Below, one piece after another: positions 30,777 to 42,656 of a DNA stretch of 64,000 nucleotides (positions are counted from its first letter, which is position 1; each line of letters starts with the position of its first letter). The position numbers were made by a program, and so were the translations under genes. The notes under the pieces are model-generated. The model ran no database searches. It was not told where the DNA came from and worked only from the letters and a program-made list of their open reading frames with translations. Source of the stretch: Sumerlaeia bacterium. GTDB taxonomy: Bacteria > Sumerlaeota > Sumerlaeia > SLMS01 > JAHLLQ01. The stretch spans positions 188,422-252,421 of the forward strand of contig JAVJSW010000037.1 of the NCBI GenBank assembly GCA_040219255.1, given 5' to 3'.

Positions 30777-32027
30777 TTACTGGAAGCTCTTCACCACTTC
30801 CTTCGCGAAGCCCGAGCAGGACACCAGGGTGGCGCCTTCCATTTGGCGTTCGAGGTCATAGGTGACGTGCTTGTTGCCGATGGCGGATTCGATGCCGCTG
30901 ATGACCAGGTTCGCGGCGTCGTCCCAGCCCAGGTGCTCGAGCATCATGACGGCGCTCAGCGTCAGCGAGCAGGGGTTGACCATGTCCTTGCCGGCGTATT
31001 TCGGCGCGGTGCCGTGGGTGGCTTCGAATACGGCGTAGGGCGCGCCGATGTTGGCGCCGGGGGCGAGGCCGAGGCCGCCGACCTGGGCCGCGCAGGCGTC
31101 GCTGAGGTAGTCGCCGTTCAGGTTCATGGTCGCGATGACGCTGTATTCCGACGGGCGAAGGAGAAGCTGTTGGAACATGGCGTCGCAGATGCGGTCGTTG
31201 ACGACGATTTTGCCTTCCGGAGCCTTGCCGCCGTGGTCGTTCCAGACTTCGTCCTCGGTGACGATGGAGTCGCGGAACTCTTCCTTGGCGACTTCGTAGC
31301 CCCATTCCTTGAAGGCGCCTTCCGTGAACTTCATGATGTTGCCCTTATGGACCAGGGTCACCATCGGCTTTTTCTTGTCGATGGCGTACTGGATCGCCAT
31401 GCGGACCAGGCGCTTGCTGCCTTGGATGGAGATCGGTTTGATGCCGATGCCGCTGTCGTGGTTCACTTCCTTGCCGAACTCGTCCTTGAGGAAAGCGATC
31501 ATTTTCTTGGCGTCATCGGTGCCTTCCTTGAACTCAATGCCTTTGTAGATGTCTTCCGTGTTTTCGCGGAAGATGACGACGTCGAGGTCCTGGGGCGCCT
31601 TGACGGGGGCGGGGACGCCCTGGAACCAGCGCACCGGCCGCACGCAGGCGTAGAGGTCGAGGATCTGGCGCAGGGCGACGTTCAGGCTGCGGATGCCGCC
31701 GCCGACGGGGGTGGTCAGGGGGCCCTTGATGGCGACAATGTAGTCCTTGATGGCCTTCAGCGTGTCTTGCGGCAGGTATTCGCCGTACTTCTCGAGGGCC
31801 GAATCGCCCGCGTAGATGTCGAACCAGACGATCTTTTTCTTGCCGCCAAAGGCTTTCTCGACCGCGCCGTCGATCATGATCTGGGTGGCGTTCGTGATGT
31901 CCGGACCAATGCCGTCGCCAACGATGCGGGGGATGATCGGATGATCGGGAACGTTCAGGCTGCCATCGCTGTTGACGGTGATGGCGGTGCCTTCCGTGGG
32001 CGGAGTGAGTTTGTCGTATTGTGCCAT
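30777..32027 (-). CDS. icd: Isocitrate dehydrogenase (E. coli-type)
   Basis: [51 protein letters not shown] and [12 protein letters not shown]; start at MAQYDK (32027). Confidence 0.97.
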   Translation of the reverse strand: MAQYDKLTPPTEGTAITVNSDGSLNVPDHPIIPRIVGDGIGPDITNATQIMIDGAVEKAFGGKKKIVWFDIYAGDSALEKYGEYLPQDTLKAIKDYIVAIKGPLTTPVGGGIRSLNVALRQILDLYACVRPVRWFQGVPAPVKAPQDLDVVIFRENTEDIYKGIEFKEGTDDAKKMIAFLKDEFGKEVNHDSGIGIKPISIQGSKRLVRMAIQYAIDKKKPMVTLVHKGNIMKFTEGAFKEWGYEVAKEEFRDSIVTEDEVWNDHGGKAPEGKIVVNDRICDAMFQQLLLRPSEYSVIATMNLNGDYLSDACAAQVGGLGLAPGANIGAPYAVFEATHGTAPKYAGKDMVNPCSLTLSAVMMLEHLGWDDAANLVISGIESAIGNKHVTYDLERQMEGATLVSCSGFAKEVVKSFQ

Positions 32028-32148
32028 GGTGAGAGCCTCGTGTATAGGAAAGCGCGGTTTGAAGGCGCGAAGGATTTCGATCGTCCTTAAGGGCAGGTAA
32101 GCTCGGCAGTCTGGCCCCCACGGGTCAAGGCGGAAGGAAGACGCAGCC

Positions 32149-32613
32149 ATGGCGCGAACGTTCAAGAGGCGGATGATTAAGGCGGTGAAGGTAATCCTGG
32201 GCCTGCTGATCCTGGCTGTGGTGGAGCTTGGAATCCTGTGGGGCATCATCGACCCCAGGGAAATCCGCGACGCGGCGCACAACAAAGTGGCGGGAGCCAC
32301 GGGCAGCGTGAAGTCGGCCCTGGCGGTGGATTCGAGCGTCAGTCCCGCGGCGGCCCAGCGGGCGGCGCTGTGCCGCGAGAACCTGAAACGGATCGAATCG
32401 GCCAAGCGCGCCATCCACAGCCGCGGCGGCTTCGCCACGGGGGCCGTTTCCTGGACCGAGGTGGAGGCGCATTTCGGCGGAGCATTGCAGGTGCCGCGCT
32501 GTCCCGGCGGGGGAGAGTATTACCTCGGCACCATGGAGCAAATGGCCCGGTGCTCCATCGGCGGCAACGGCACGCCAGATCGTGGGGACGATCACCTGGT
32601 GATTGGTTTCTAA
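32149..32613 (+). CDS. Membrane-anchored pilin/pseudopilin-like protein without a prepilin cleavage motif
   Basis: N-terminal TM; C-terminal [26 protein letters not shown] resembles pilin head domains. Confidence 0.55.
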   Translation: MARTFKRRMIKAVKVILGLLILAVVELGILWGIIDPREIRDAAHNKVAGATGSVKSALAVDSSVSPAAAQRAALCRENLKRIESAKRAIHSRGGFATGAVSWTEVEAHFGGALQVPRCPGGGEYYLGTMEQMARCSIGGNGTPDRGDDHLVIGF

Positions 32614-32725
32614 GAGCAAAGAATTGAAAATAATGAAGTTATGACGTATGGCATGAGCCTTGTGACTTTGTCTCCAGACGATTGAACGCACCGCCCTCCT
32701 TAACCCAGGGCGGGGGAGACATGAC

Positions 32726-34513
32726 ATGAATACGAAAAATGGAATCAAACCGATTGGCATCCTGGCGCTGGCGGCCCTTTTCGCCACGCCACTGGCGGGA
32801 CAGGATTTTCCCGGGACGGAGCGACAGGGCGATTACTCGGTCACCGGCGAGCACGACCGCACGAACTTGACCGGCATGGAGAATGTGGGGACGGGCCGGG
32901 ATGTCGGCGATCCCGACCCGGCGGGCGAGTACGCCGCGCCCGGCGACCTGACGGTGACGGCCCCCGGATCGGGCCAGTCAGCCCGCATTCGGAACTTCTA
33001 CTTCACGGAAGTCGATATTCCGCCGTCCGGCGATTTGACGGATGCGCGGGCGGAGCTGATGATCGACTTGCGGTCTCTTGTGGGGAAAAACGAAGCGGCC
33101 ACGCGAGCTTTCTTCCGGCCGGATTTTTTCGACACGCGGGCGGTTCCCCTCGTTAAGGCGACCGTCGAGAATCCCGTTGCTGTGGACAATGAAGAAAACA
33201 CTTATGAAGCCACCGCCGAAGTCGATCTCTTCGGGCGGCGAACGGATGTTCCGGTGCGCTTCGAAGTTCTCGATCGCGACCCGCTTCGCGTGCGGGCAAA
33301 CGTTCGAATGCGACGGACGGATTTCAACGCGGCGGGGGCGATGCCGGCTCGCGAATCGGCGGATGAAGAAGGCCGAGATCGTGCGTCGGAAGAAACCCAG
33401 AGCCAACGAGCGGAGCCTTCCCAAATCTTGGCTTATGGGGTCTCTGGCACGACGCGCCCGGGTGCCGAGGAATCGGCTGGCGACATGACCACACCGGCCC
33501 CGCGCCAAGACCCTGCGCCGCCTCAGCCTTCGGAAGGCGTGCCGGACTATAATCTCCCGGGAGCTGTCGTCTATGAAGACGCGGATGAGAATCTTGGGAC
33601 CTACGCATCGCCCAAGACCTATAAGAAAAACCTGCAAGACGACCGGGGGAAGTTTGGGGTGCGAAGGACATTGGCAAAGCGGGAAAAAGTGAACGACAAT
33701 CCGTTGAACGATGTCGATTCACAACTACAAGAATTGAACGAAACGGATGATCTGCCGCTGGCCTCTGCCGGAAACAAGAGCATTTCGACAAGCCATAATA
33801 TCAACACGTCCGAAGGATCGATGAGCGCCGACACGATGCTCTTCAAAGAGACTTCGAATACATATTCGAACGCGCTGGCGGAATCGCGGGAAGTGGACAA
33901 TGTGCAGCGGCGGGAAGATCCGCTGACGAGCGATCGCGAAGGCTTCCCGCGCGGGTCCTCGGATAACTTCACCAGCCTCGAAGACTACTACGCTTCGATT
34001 CGCTCCAGCGACGAGCCGGTGGATTTGACGATGGAGGCGGCCGTGGTGGAGGAAGACAAGCTCGTGAATTATTACGAGGACCTCTATTATCAGCGGCTCC
34101 GGAATTTCGAGGCGATCCCCGAAAGTCAGGAAACGCCTCACGGTCCCGACGTTCACGAGCCGGATCCCTACGACTATGTCTATCCGATCGGCACGTACCC
34201 GAATTACGGCGGATACTATTCCGGCTATCCGAGTTACGTCGGAACTCAAGCCTACTATGGAGGCGGCTACTACGCGAGTCCCACCTACGGATATTACTCG
34301 CCGGGGTACTATGGCAACTACGGTTATGCGTACAGGAATCCCTACGGAATCCGGACCACGGGGCGCTACGCCGATAACTACTATTACCATGGCGCCTATG
34401 GGGAGGGGCGAGTGGACCTCAACCCGGGGCCGGTGGAGCCGAGCAGCCGGGGTGAAATGGAGGCGGCCGGCGCGGAGTACAATCCAGGCGGTGAAATCGA
34501 ACTGTATCCGTAG
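32726..34513 (+). CDS. Secreted protein with an interrupted YceI-like domain and a Tyr/Gly-rich low-complexity tail
   Basis: GGAG RBS and signal peptide; IDLRSL..PDFFDT..YEATAEVDLFG..V..RRTDFN YceI-like pattern; YGGYYSGYP-type tail. Confidence 0.7.
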   Translation: MNTKNGIKPIGILALAALFATPLAGQDFPGTERQGDYSVTGEHDRTNLTGMENVGTGRDVGDPDPAGEYAAPGDLTVTAPGSGQSARIRNFYFTEVDIPPSGDLTDARAELMIDLRSLVGKNEAATRAFFRPDFFDTRAVPLVKATVENPVAVDNEENTYEATAEVDLFGRRTDVPVRFEVLDRDPLRVRANVRMRRTDFNAAGAMPARESADEEGRDRASEETQSQRAEPSQILAYGVSGTTRPGAEESAGDMTTPAPRQDPAPPQPSEGVPDYNLPGAVVYEDADENLGTYASPKTYKKNLQDDRGKFGVRRTLAKREKVNDNPLNDVDSQLQELNETDDLPLASAGNKSISTSHNINTSEGSMSADTMLFKETSNTYSNALAESREVDNVQRREDPLTSDREGFPRGSSDNFTSLEDYYASIRSSDEPVDLTMEAAVVEEDKLVNYYEDLYYQRLRNFEAIPESQETPHGPDVHEPDPYDYVYPIGTYPNYGGYYSGYPSYVGTQAYYGGGYYASPTYGYYSPGYYGNYGYAYRNPYGIRTTGRYADNYYYHGAYGEGRVDLNPGPVEPSSRGEMEAAGAEYNPGGEIELYP

Positions 34514-34525
34514 GCTCTGCCTGCG

Positions 34526-34678
34526 TCAAGCCGGCGTCGGCTTACGGGCTGCGCGCCGGCATCGGTCGCTACAATAGCGGACCTTTTCCCAATCGCGCGC
34601 CCATTTCTTACGCCAGGCGAAGGGCCGCCCGCAATGGACGCAGATTTTCTCCGGCATATTGAGTTTCTTGTGAGCCAT
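34526..34678 (-). CDS. DUF2256-family small Cys-rich protein
   Basis: [34 protein letters not shown]; ATG at 34678 with AAAGG upstream. Confidence 0.85.
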   Translation of the reverse strand: MAHKKLNMPEKICVHCGRPFAWRKKWARDWEKVRYCSDRCRRAARKPTPA

Positions 34679-34908
34679 GGTGCCTTTCCGCCGTTCGAGG
34701 TCTCGCTCGGCGATAGAGATCAAGTTCGGCGCCAACGGTTCGGCGGAACCTCCACTCTGCCGAGGGCTGGACGCCGAGAATTCGGCGCGAAACGCGGGCC
34801 GGACACCAGCTTCTCCCGGCGGGAAGCCGTTGCTGCCGCATCCGCCTGGCCGGAACGGCATCTGCGTAGGGCATCCCGCCATCTGGCAGGAAACGCCCCG
34901 GAGGACTC

Positions 34909-35655
34909 GTGTCGCAGATTTTCCATCCCAAGCATGACGGCATGCTGCGCGCCGTGTTCCTCGCCGTTCCCGTGGGGCTGGCGGGTGTGGCGGCGCTCTT
35001 GTATTTCTGGAACCAGCCGGACCACATCCGCGAAGTCGGAAAGGCCCACGTGCAGCCCGTGCCCTTCAGCCATCAGCACCATGTCTCGGGTCTTGGGATC
35101 GATTGCCGGTATTGCCATACCTCGGTCGAGGAGTCGCCTTTCGCCGGCATTCCGCCGACGCACACTTGCATGAGCTGCCACTCGCAGATTTGGGCCGACA
35201 GCGAGATGCTCGAGCCGGTGCGGGCCAGCTATTTCGAGAACCGCCCCATTGCCTGGAAACGCGTCCACGACCTGCCGGACTTCGTTCAGTTCAAGCACAA
35301 CGTCCACGTCAACGCGGGCGTCAGTTGCATCGAATGCCACGGCGAGGTCTCGGAAATGCCCCTCGTCTGGCAGGAAGAGCGGCTGTCCATGGGCTGGTGC
35401 CTGGATTGCCACAGGGAGCCCGGTGGCCGCGTCGGGCCCGAGCGCTATGTGGTGCCGAAGAATCTGACGGTTCGCCTGGAGGAAGGCCCGGACGCCGAGC
35501 GCGAGACCTGGAAATCCATCGGCGATTACCCCGTCGCGACGGTCGCCGCGGAATTCGAGAACTACGAACTCATCAACCGCATCCACAGCGACGACGCCGA
35601 GTCCACCGACGGGCGGTTGTTCCAACTGACCAACTGCTCGATCTGCCACTATTAG
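34909..35655 (+). CDS. actA: Alternative complex III pentaheme cytochrome c subunit
   Basis: One [12 protein letters not shown] and five CxxCH motifs (CRYCH, CMSCH, CIECH, CLDCH, CSICH); GGAGG RBS. Confidence 0.92.
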   Translation: MSQIFHPKHDGMLRAVFLAVPVGLAGVAALLYFWNQPDHIREVGKAHVQPVPFSHQHHVSGLGIDCRYCHTSVEESPFAGIPPTHTCMSCHSQIWADSEMLEPVRASYFENRPIAWKRVHDLPDFVQFKHNVHVNAGVSCIECHGEVSEMPLVWQEERLSMGWCLDCHREPGGRVGPERYVVPKNLTVRLEEGPDAERETWKSIGDYPVATVAAEFENYELINRIHSDDAESTDGRLFQLTNCSICHY

Positions 35656-35672
35656 GAAGGACCGAGGGCTCC

Positions 35673-38630
35673 GTGCAACCTCGCCGCGACAATCCCAAGC
35701 CCGAACCGGTCTGGCGCAGCCTGGAAGAGCTGTACGGCGACGAGCGGCTGCGCGAAGTGACGGAGCAGGAGTTCCCCCGGTTCGCCGAGCTGTGGCCCGA
35801 TGGCGCCAGCCGGCGCCAGTTCCTTAAGGTCATGGGCGCGGGGCTGGCGATGATGGGGCTGGCGGCCTGCCATCCGCCTCGCGAGGCCGAAGACATCGTG
35901 CCCTACGTCGAGATGCCGGAGAACGTGGTGCCGGGAAACCCGCTTCACTTCGCGTCGGCGCTGCGCGATCGGGGCTTCGCCATGCCGATCGTCGCGGAAA
36001 GCCACGAAGGCCGGCCCACCAAGATCGAGGGCAACGCCGACCACCCCCTGACGCGCGGCGGCACCACGCCGCAGATGCAGGCCTCCATCCTGACGCTTTA
36101 CGATCCAGATCGCTCGCGCGAGGTCACGCATGGCGGCCGGTTGGTGAACCCCCTAGCTTTTCAGTCCGCGATGCGCCAGCTCGGCGAAGCGAGCCGCAAG
36201 CGCGGCGGCCGGGGGCTGCACATTCTGACGGAGGTGGTGACTTCGCCGACCTTGGCGCGCCAGATCGAGTCGTTCCTCAGCGAACGCCCCGAGGCCCAGT
36301 GGCATGTCTGGGAGCCGCGAAACCGCGACAACGCCCTCCGGGGAGCGATGCAGACTTTCGGGCGGCATCTGGAACCCCACTATGACATCTCTCGGGCGAG
36401 GGCCGTGGTTTGTCTGGACGCGGACCTCTTTGGCGAAGGCCCCGCCGCCCTCCGCCACGTTCGCGATTACGCCCTCGCGCGGCGCGAGGCCTTCGAGAAG
36501 CGCGACCGGCCCCTGCCCCAGGTCTTCGCCGCCGAACCCACGCCGACGCTGACGGGCGCGAAGGCCGCGCGTCGCGTTGCCGCCGGGCCACGCGAAGTCG
36601 AGCGTTTGGCGTTCGCCCTGGCGGGGCGCCTCGACCTTGAAGTGAGCGCACCAAGAGAAGACCTGCCGCGCGATCAGGAGGCGTTGCTGCGGGCCGCCTC
36701 CGCCGCGCTCCAGGCCGCCGGGCCGCAAGGCCTTGTGGTGGCGGGGGAGAGCCAGCCCCCGGCCATCCACGCCTTGGCTCACGCGCTCAATGAACGCCTC
36801 GGCGCCTTTGGCGAAACCGTTCGCTTCACCGAACCCATCGAAGCCCATCCGGTCGATCATGGCGAAAGCCTGCGGGTTCTGGCGGAAGCGCTGCACGCGG
36901 GCGAGGTCGATCAGTTGGTGATCCTCGGCGCCAATCCGGTGGCCTGCGGACCGGCCGATCTGGAACTGGCGGCGGCGATCAAGAAGGCCAACGTCAGCAT
37001 CCACCACGGTCTTTTTCTCGACGAAACGGCACGGCTCTGCGATTGGCACATTCCGGCCACGCACGAGCTGGAAGAATGGAGCGACGTCCGCGCCGCCGAT
37101 GGCACGGCGTCCATCATCCAGCCGCTCATCGCGCCGCTCTGGGGCGCCCTCAGCGCCCACGAACTGTTGCGTTGGCTTTCGTCGCCACCGCTGGACCAGC
37201 AGGCCACCTCCGCGCTGGACCTCGTGCGGGAAACGTGGGCCGAGGCGGCGGGCGAGGGCGACTTCCGCACCTTCTGGCGCACCAGCCTCCACGATGGTTA
37301 CATCCGCGGCTCCGAAGCGCCCTCCATTCAGCCGCCCCGCATCGACCGGCGGGCTTTGCGGGAACTGGCTCCGCCCCGTCCCGACGCCGCCTCGCTGACC
37401 CTGCTCTTCCGCCCCGACCCGTCGCTGGGCGATGGGCGGTGGGCGAACAACGCGTGGCTTCAGGAACTGCCCAAGCCTTTCACCAAGCTGACTTGGGGCA
37501 ACGCCGCCCTCATCAGCCCCCACCTCGCCCTCCAGATGGGGATCAAGGACGGCGATGAAATCCTGATCCGCGCCGGCGACGGCGAAATCACCCAACCGGT
37601 CTTCACCCTCCCCGGCCAGGCGGCGCACTGCGTCACGCTTTGGACCGGCCACGGGCGCCAAGCCGCGGGGCGCGTGGCCGAGGACATTGGCTGGGCCGTC
37701 GAACCCCTACGCACCGCCGCCGATTGGCACGCCCTTGCCGGGGTCACGCTCCGCCGCACGCAGAAGCACATCGAGCTCGCCACGACGCAGAACCACTTTC
37801 TGATGGAGGACCGCCATTTGGTGCGCTCCGTCTCGGCTGAGCACCCAAGCGCCCACATCTCGCACGGTGTCCATGGCGGGAACCTTCTGCCGAAAATGCT
37901 GACGGACGACCCGGACAGCTACCAGTGGGCCATGACCATCGACCTGGAGGCCTGCGTCGGCTGCAACGCCTGTGTGGTGGCCTGTCAGGCGGAGAACAAC
38001 ATCCCCACGGTGGGGCGGCGCGAAGTGCTCCGCGGGCGCGAAATGCACTGGATCCGCATCGACCGCTACTGGAAGGGCGACGAGTCCAACCCGAAGATGT
38101 ATTTCCAGCCGGTGCCCTGCATGCACTGCGAAAAAGCGCCCTGCGAAATCGTCTGTCCCGTGGCGGCCACGACCCACAGCTATGAGGGTCTGAACGAGAT
38201 GACCTACAACCGCTGCGTGGGGACGCGCTACTGCTCGAACAACTGCCCGTATAAGGTCCGGCGGTTCAACTTTCTGGACTACACCGGCGGCGCCGCGCCG
38301 AGCGAACAGCTTCAGCGTAACCCCAGCGTCACCGTCCGCATGCGCGGCGTGATGGAGAAATGCACCTACTGTGTCCAGCGTATCAACCGCGCCCGCAATG
38401 ACGCGCAAATGGACGGGCGCCGCATCCGCGATGGCGAACTGAAGACCGCCTGTCAGGCCTCCTGCCCCGCCGAAGCCATCACCTTCGGCGACCTCCACAC
38501 CGAGGGCAGCGCCGTCCGCCGCCAGAAAGAAAGCCCGCGCAACTACGGCATTCTCGAGCACCTGAACACCCAGCCCCGGACGACTTACCTGGCCGTAGTG
38601 GACGCGGACGAAGGGGGATCGAAGCATTGA
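35673..38630 (+). CDS. actB: Alternative complex III subunit B (molybdopterin-oxidoreductase-like plus Fe-S domain)
   Basis: WRSLEEL extension, Tat/lipobox [65 protein letters not shown] and EKCTYCVQR; GTG start at 35673. Confidence 0.93.
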   Translation: MQPRRDNPKPEPVWRSLEELYGDERLREVTEQEFPRFAELWPDGASRRQFLKVMGAGLAMMGLAACHPPREAEDIVPYVEMPENVVPGNPLHFASALRDRGFAMPIVAESHEGRPTKIEGNADHPLTRGGTTPQMQASILTLYDPDRSREVTHGGRLVNPLAFQSAMRQLGEASRKRGGRGLHILTEVVTSPTLARQIESFLSERPEAQWHVWEPRNRDNALRGAMQTFGRHLEPHYDISRARAVVCLDADLFGEGPAALRHVRDYALARREAFEKRDRPLPQVFAAEPTPTLTGAKAARRVAAGPREVERLAFALAGRLDLEVSAPREDLPRDQEALLRAASAALQAAGPQGLVVAGESQPPAIHALAHALNERLGAFGETVRFTEPIEAHPVDHGESLRVLAEALHAGEVDQLVILGANPVACGPADLELAAAIKKANVSIHHGLFLDETARLCDWHIPATHELEEWSDVRAADGTASIIQPLIAPLWGALSAHELLRWLSSPPLDQQATSALDLVRETWAEAAGEGDFRTFWRTSLHDGYIRGSEAPSIQPPRIDRRALRELAPPRPDAASLTLLFRPDPSLGDGRWANNAWLQELPKPFTKLTWGNAALISPHLALQMGIKDGDEILIRAGDGEITQPVFTLPGQAAHCVTLWTGHGRQAAGRVAEDIGWAVEPLRTAADWHALAGVTLRRTQKHIELATTQNHFLMEDRHLVRSVSAEHPSAHISHGVHGGNLLPKMLTDDPDSYQWAMTIDLEACVGCNACVVACQAENNIPTVGRREVLRGREMHWIRIDRYWKGDESNPKMYFQPVPCMHCEKAPCEIVCPVAATTHSYEGLNEMTYNRCVGTRYCSNNCPYKVRRFNFLDYTGGAAPSEQLQRNPSVTVRMRGVMEKCTYCVQRINRARNDAQMDGRRIRDGELKTACQASCPAEAITFGDLHTEGSAVRRQKESPRNYGILEHLNTQPRTTYLAVVDADEGGSKH

Positions 38631-39976
38631 GCGCGCCCCTCTTCGACAAGAAACTCGACGACGCCGGCATCAGCGAGCAGGTCGCCCATCCGCCGCTCCA
38701 TGGCGGTTTCCCGCGCCATTGGATTATCGGCTTCGGGATCAGCTTTCTGCTGCTGATGCTGTTCCTGATGGCGGTGACGTGGCTGCTGGCGCGTGGCGTC
38801 GGCATCTGGGGCATCAACATTCCGGTGGCCTGGGGTTTCGCGATCATCAACTTCGTGTGGTGGATTGGAATCGGCCACGCAGGCACGTTCATTTCGGCGA
38901 TTCTGCTTCTTTGCCAGCAGGACTGGCGGACTTCGATCAATCGCTTCGCCGAGGCCATGACGCTCTTCGCCGTGGCCTGCGCCGGGGTTTTCCCGCTGCT
39001 ACACCTGGGCCGGCCGTGGTTTTTCTACTGGTTGCTGCCCTACCCGAGCACCACCACGCTCTGGCCCCAATTCCGCAGCCCCCTTGTCTGGGACGTTTTC
39101 GCCGTCAGCACTTACGGCACGGTTTCGCTGCTGTTCTGGTATCTGGGGCTGCTGCCGGATCTGGCGACGATGCGCGACCGGGCGAAGCACCTCTGGGCCA
39201 AGCGCGCCTATGGCCTGGCGGCGCTGGGCTGGCGCGGCGCGTCGAGCCATTGGCGGCGCCAGAAAGCGGCCTACATCATCCTCGCCGGGCTGGCGGCGCC
39301 GCTCGTCATTTCCGTTCACAGCATCGTCGGCCTCGACTTCGCCATCAGCCAGGTTCCCGGCTGGCACTCCACCATTTTTCCGCCCTACTTCGTGGCGGGG
39401 GCGATTTTCAGCGGTTTCGCCATGGTGCTGACCATCGTGATTCCGGTGCGGAAACTCTATCGGCTGCACGGAATGATTACGGCGCGGCACCTGGACTTGA
39501 TGGCGAAGGTCATGCTCCTGACGGGTCTGATCGTGGCCTACGGCTACCTGATCGAGGGCTTCATGGCGTGGTACAGCGGCGAAACGGCCGAGCGTACCAT
39601 GATGTTGAACCGCCTCGCCGGGGCCTACGCTCCCGCCTATTGGGCGCTGATTGCCTGCAACGTCGTCGCCGCCCAGACTCTGTGGTTCAAGGCCGTCCGC
39701 ACCCGGCCGGTGGTCCTGTTTGTCGTCAGTCTGTTCATCAACGTCGGCATGTGGCTCGAACGCTATATCATCGTCGTCACCAGCCTCTATCAGGATTACC
39801 TGCCGTCGTCCTGGGGCGAATACCACGGGAACTTCTGGGACTGGGCGACGTTCCTTGGGACGATCGGGTTGTTCTTTGCTCTGTTGTATTTGTTCATGCG
39901 GTTCCTGCCGATGATTTCCATGAGTGAAATGCGCGAGCTGGTCCACCACCGGCCCGGCGGAAAGAGCGAGCGATGA
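38627..39976 (+). CDS. actC: Alternative complex III quinol-binding NrfD-family subunit
   Basis: [42 protein letters not shown] and [15 protein letters not shown]. Confidence 0.94.
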   Translation: MSAPLFDKKLDDAGISEQVAHPPLHGGFPRHWIIGFGISFLLLMLFLMAVTWLLARGVGIWGINIPVAWGFAIINFVWWIGIGHAGTFISAILLLCQQDWRTSINRFAEAMTLFAVACAGVFPLLHLGRPWFFYWLLPYPSTTTLWPQFRSPLVWDVFAVSTYGTVSLLFWYLGLLPDLATMRDRAKHLWAKRAYGLAALGWRGASSHWRRQKAAYIILAGLAAPLVISVHSIVGLDFAISQVPGWHSTIFPPYFVAGAIFSGFAMVLTIVIPVRKLYRLHGMITARHLDLMAKVMLLTGLIVAYGYLIEGFMAWYSGETAERTMMLNRLAGAYAPAYWALIACNVVAAQTLWFKAVRTRPVVLFVVSLFINVGMWLERYIIVVTSLYQDYLPSSWGEYHGNFWDWATFLGTIGLFFALLYLFMRFLPMISMSEMRELVHHRPGGKSER

Positions 39977-40521
39977 GCGAACGCCGCGCCTCCAGCCTCT
40001 ACGCCCTCGCGGCCGAGTTCGCCTCGCCGGGCGCCTTGATCGAAGGCACCCGTGCCATGGCTGGCCTGGGTCTTCGCCGCATGGAAGCCTACACGCCCAC
40101 CGAGATCGAAGGCCTCGACGATGTCCTGCCCGAGGCCAGCGACCACCGCGTCGGCTGGATCGCCTTCGGCGGGGGAGTGGCCGGCGCCGTCATCGGTTTT
40201 GGCTTCCAGATGTGGGTCAACATGATGGCCTATCCGATGAACGTCGGCGGGCGGCCGTTCTTCAGTTGGCCCGCGTTCCTTCCCGTCACCTTCGAGATGG
40301 CGGTGCTTTGCGCATCGCTGTCGGCGTTCCTGGCGTTCTTCGTCCTCTGCCGCTTGCCCCGGCTCAACCATCCCTTCTTCGAGTCCGCGCTGGCCGAGCG
40401 CGCCAGCCAGGACCGCTATATCCTGCTGGTCGAGGCGGACGATCCGCGTTTCAAGGCAACAGAAGTGGGCGACGGTCTCCGCGAGGCGGGCGCGCTGTCC
40501 GTCGAGGAGGTGCGGGTATGA
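39973..40521 (+). CDS. actD: Alternative complex III subunit D (DUF3341)
   Basis: AEF..EAYTP..YPMNVGGRP..WPAFLPVTFE..SQDRY. Confidence 0.9.
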   Translation: MSERRASSLYALAAEFASPGALIEGTRAMAGLGLRRMEAYTPTEIEGLDDVLPEASDHRVGWIAFGGGVAGAVIGFGFQMWVNMMAYPMNVGGRPFFSWPAFLPVTFEMAVLCASLSAFLAFFVLCRLPRLNHPFFESALAERASQDRYILLVEADDPRFKATEVGDGLREAGALSVEEVRV

Positions 40522-41201
40522 GGAGCCTCCGCTGGAATCTGGTGCTGCTCGCCCTCGCGACGGCCGTGTGCGCCTGCAACAACATGACGGATCAGGAACG
40601 GGTCGAAGCGTACGAACCCAGCCCCGTCTTCGCCAACCGGCAGTCGGCCCGGCCCGCCATCCCGGGGACCGTGGCTCGGGGGCAGTTGAACATCGACGTG
40701 GCCTTCTACACCGGCTTTCGCCCGGGCGTTTCGCCCGGGATGCGCACCGCTGCCCAACGCGTCGATCCCGAGGGGGACAACCCGGCGGGGCCGTTGGCGA
40801 CCTACGACCGCAGTCTCTATGTCGACCACATTCCTACGACGGTTACGCTCGGGCTCGTCCTGCGGGGTCAGGAACGCTACAACATTTTCTGCGCCCCCTG
40901 TCACGGCCCCGCCGGCCATGGCGATGGGATGATCGTCCAGCGCGGCTTCTCGCCCCCCGCCTCGTTTCACATCGAGCGTCTGCGCGAAGATCCCGACGGC
41001 CGCCTCTTCGATGTCATCACAAACGGCTATGGAAACATGTACAGCTACGCCAGCCGCGTTCCCCCCGCGGATCGCTGGGCCATCGTGGCTTATGTGCGGG
41101 CGCTGCAAACCAGCCAGAGCGTATCCGCCGAAGCATTGCCCCGGGACGTCCGCGCCAAACTCGCCGACGCCTCGGGCGGCGGAGAGGAGGCCGGATCGTG
41201 A
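40518..41201 (+). CDS. actE: Alternative complex III monoheme cytochrome c lipoprotein
   Basis: Lipobox-like VCAC, M.DQ, PGTVARG, RGQERYNIFCAPCHG..GDGMIVQRGF and DRWAIVAYVRALQ. Confidence 0.9.
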   Translation: MRSLRWNLVLLALATAVCACNNMTDQERVEAYEPSPVFANRQSARPAIPGTVARGQLNIDVAFYTGFRPGVSPGMRTAAQRVDPEGDNPAGPLATYDRSLYVDHIPTTVTLGLVLRGQERYNIFCAPCHGPAGHGDGMIVQRGFSPPASFHIERLREDPDGRLFDVITNGYGNMYSYASRVPPADRWAIVAYVRALQTSQSVSAEALPRDVRAKLADASGGGEEAGS

Positions 41202-42283
41202 CGCGGACTCAGCGGCGAATGTTCGGTCTCGGTCTGGCCGCGGCAGTCATTGGCGGGCTCGCCTCGGCTGCCGGGTGGCTGATGGATCCGGCCAGCTTCT
41301 TTCCCGCCTACCTGACAGCGTGGCTGGTGGGGCTGGGCTTTGGGCTCGGCGGCTTGACGCTGCGCCTCGTGGACGAATCCCTTTTCGCCCATTGGGGCCA
41401 CCCGATACGCCCGATGCTGAACGCCTCGAGCGCCACCTTGCCGGTGCTGGCGGTGGCGTTTGTGCCGATGGTGCTGTGGCCCGACGGGTTCTTCGCCTGG
41501 TCGCGGCCCGAGATTGTGGCCGAGAGCGACCTCCTCCAGAAAAAAATCCACTACTTGAACGACCTCTTCTTCTTCGCGCGGGCCGCCGGGTATTTTGTGC
41601 TCTGGGTGGTCTTGGCGCTGCTGGTCGGCGGCCGCATGCGGCGGCGGGGATCGAAGACCCTCGGCGCCTTCGGCCTCATCGCGGTGCTGCTCAGCGGAAC
41701 CTTCGCCGCCGTGGACTGGACCATGTCCATCGAACCCGAGTGGTTCTCCACCGGCTTTCCGCTCCTTTTCCTGACCGGCTGCTGCCTCCAGGCCTTCGCG
41801 CTGACGATGCTGACCCTCGGGCCCGGCCGCCCACTCGACAAGGAAACCCGCAACAGCCTCGGCAAGCTCCTCCTCACGCTCGTGATGCTTTGGACGTATC
41901 TGCAACTGACGCATTACATCATCATCTGGAGCGGCAACATCTCGACCGATGCCTTCTGGTATCAGAAGCGTTCGACCGGCGGCTGGCAGTGGCTCGCGCT
42001 CGCGATGCTGGTATTCGCTTCGATCCTGCCGTTCCTGGCGCTGCTGAGCCGCTTCGGCCGGCAAAGCGCCCGCGTGCTTCCCGCCGTGGCGGCTTTGGTG
42101 CTGGCGATGCGAGCTGTGGAGGTCAGCTGGATCGTGGTGCCCGCGTTCGACGGCGATGTGCTGCCCGTCGTCGCGATCGCCGCGGCTGGCCTTCTAGCGA
42201 TTTGCGGGTTGCAATGCGCGGCTTTTGCGTGGGACTTGGGAAGAACCGGCAGCACCCGCGCAAAGGAGGCGGACCATGGCTGA
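41198..42283 (+). CDS. actF: Alternative complex III membrane subunit F
   Basis: Polytopic membrane protein with K..YLN..FF..R, DWTMSIEPEWFST and YIIIWSGN; expected position in the operon. Confidence 0.88.
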   Translation: MTRTQRRMFGLGLAAAVIGGLASAAGWLMDPASFFPAYLTAWLVGLGFGLGGLTLRLVDESLFAHWGHPIRPMLNASSATLPVLAVAFVPMVLWPDGFFAWSRPEIVAESDLLQKKIHYLNDLFFFARAAGYFVLWVVLALLVGGRMRRRGSKTLGAFGLIAVLLSGTFAAVDWTMSIEPEWFSTGFPLLFLTGCCLQAFALTMLTLGPGRPLDKETRNSLGKLLLTLVMLWTYLQLTHYIIIWSGNISTDAFWYQKRSTGGWQWLALAMLVFASILPFLALLSRFGRQSARVLPAVAALVLAMRAVEVSWIVVPAFDGDVLPVVAIAAAGLLAICGLQCAAFAWDLGRTGSTRAKEADHG

Positions 42284-42656
42284 ACGACATCGCGGCGGCG
42301 GCTACGAACGGAAAGACGTCCCGATGCGCCCGCTGGTGCTCTTCGTCATCGTCTTCTCGTTGGTTCTGGGTGCGATCCTGGGAGGGTTCGTGCTGCTGAA
42401 TCGCACCGCGTTCGACTACGACATGGAAAGGGCCGTCGGCGGGCCCGTCGATTACCCGCCGGAACCTCGGCTCCAGCCCGCGCAAACCCAGGAGCTGGAA
42501 ATCTATCTCGACCGCCAGCGCGACCTCCTCTACGGCGAGCCCCGCTGGATGGACGCCTCGGCCAACCGGGCCACCATTCCCATTACCGAGGCCATGGTGT
42601 TGGTGGCGCGCCAGTATAGTACCACCGAAACGTTCCGTCTGGAGACGGCCCCATGA
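42276..42656 (+). CDS. Single-TM accessory protein (ActG-like)
   Basis: YERKDV, TM, PPEPRLQ and W.D..IPITEAM; lies between actF and SCO; GGAGG RBS. Confidence 0.7.
   Translation: MAERHRGGGYERKDVPMRPLVLFVIVFSLVLGAILGGFVLLNRTAFDYDMERAVGGPVDYPPEPRLQPAQTQELEIYLDRQRDLLYGEPRWMDASANRATIPITEAMVLVARQYSTTETFRLETAP

Noticed and set aside
35103-35672. Long N-terminal extensions in the ORF track (actB, actE, actF, coxB, icd, alaS, rsmE, addB, MocA-like)
   Set aside because: They overlap upstream genes or intergenic elements; family homology and RBS positions support downstream starts.
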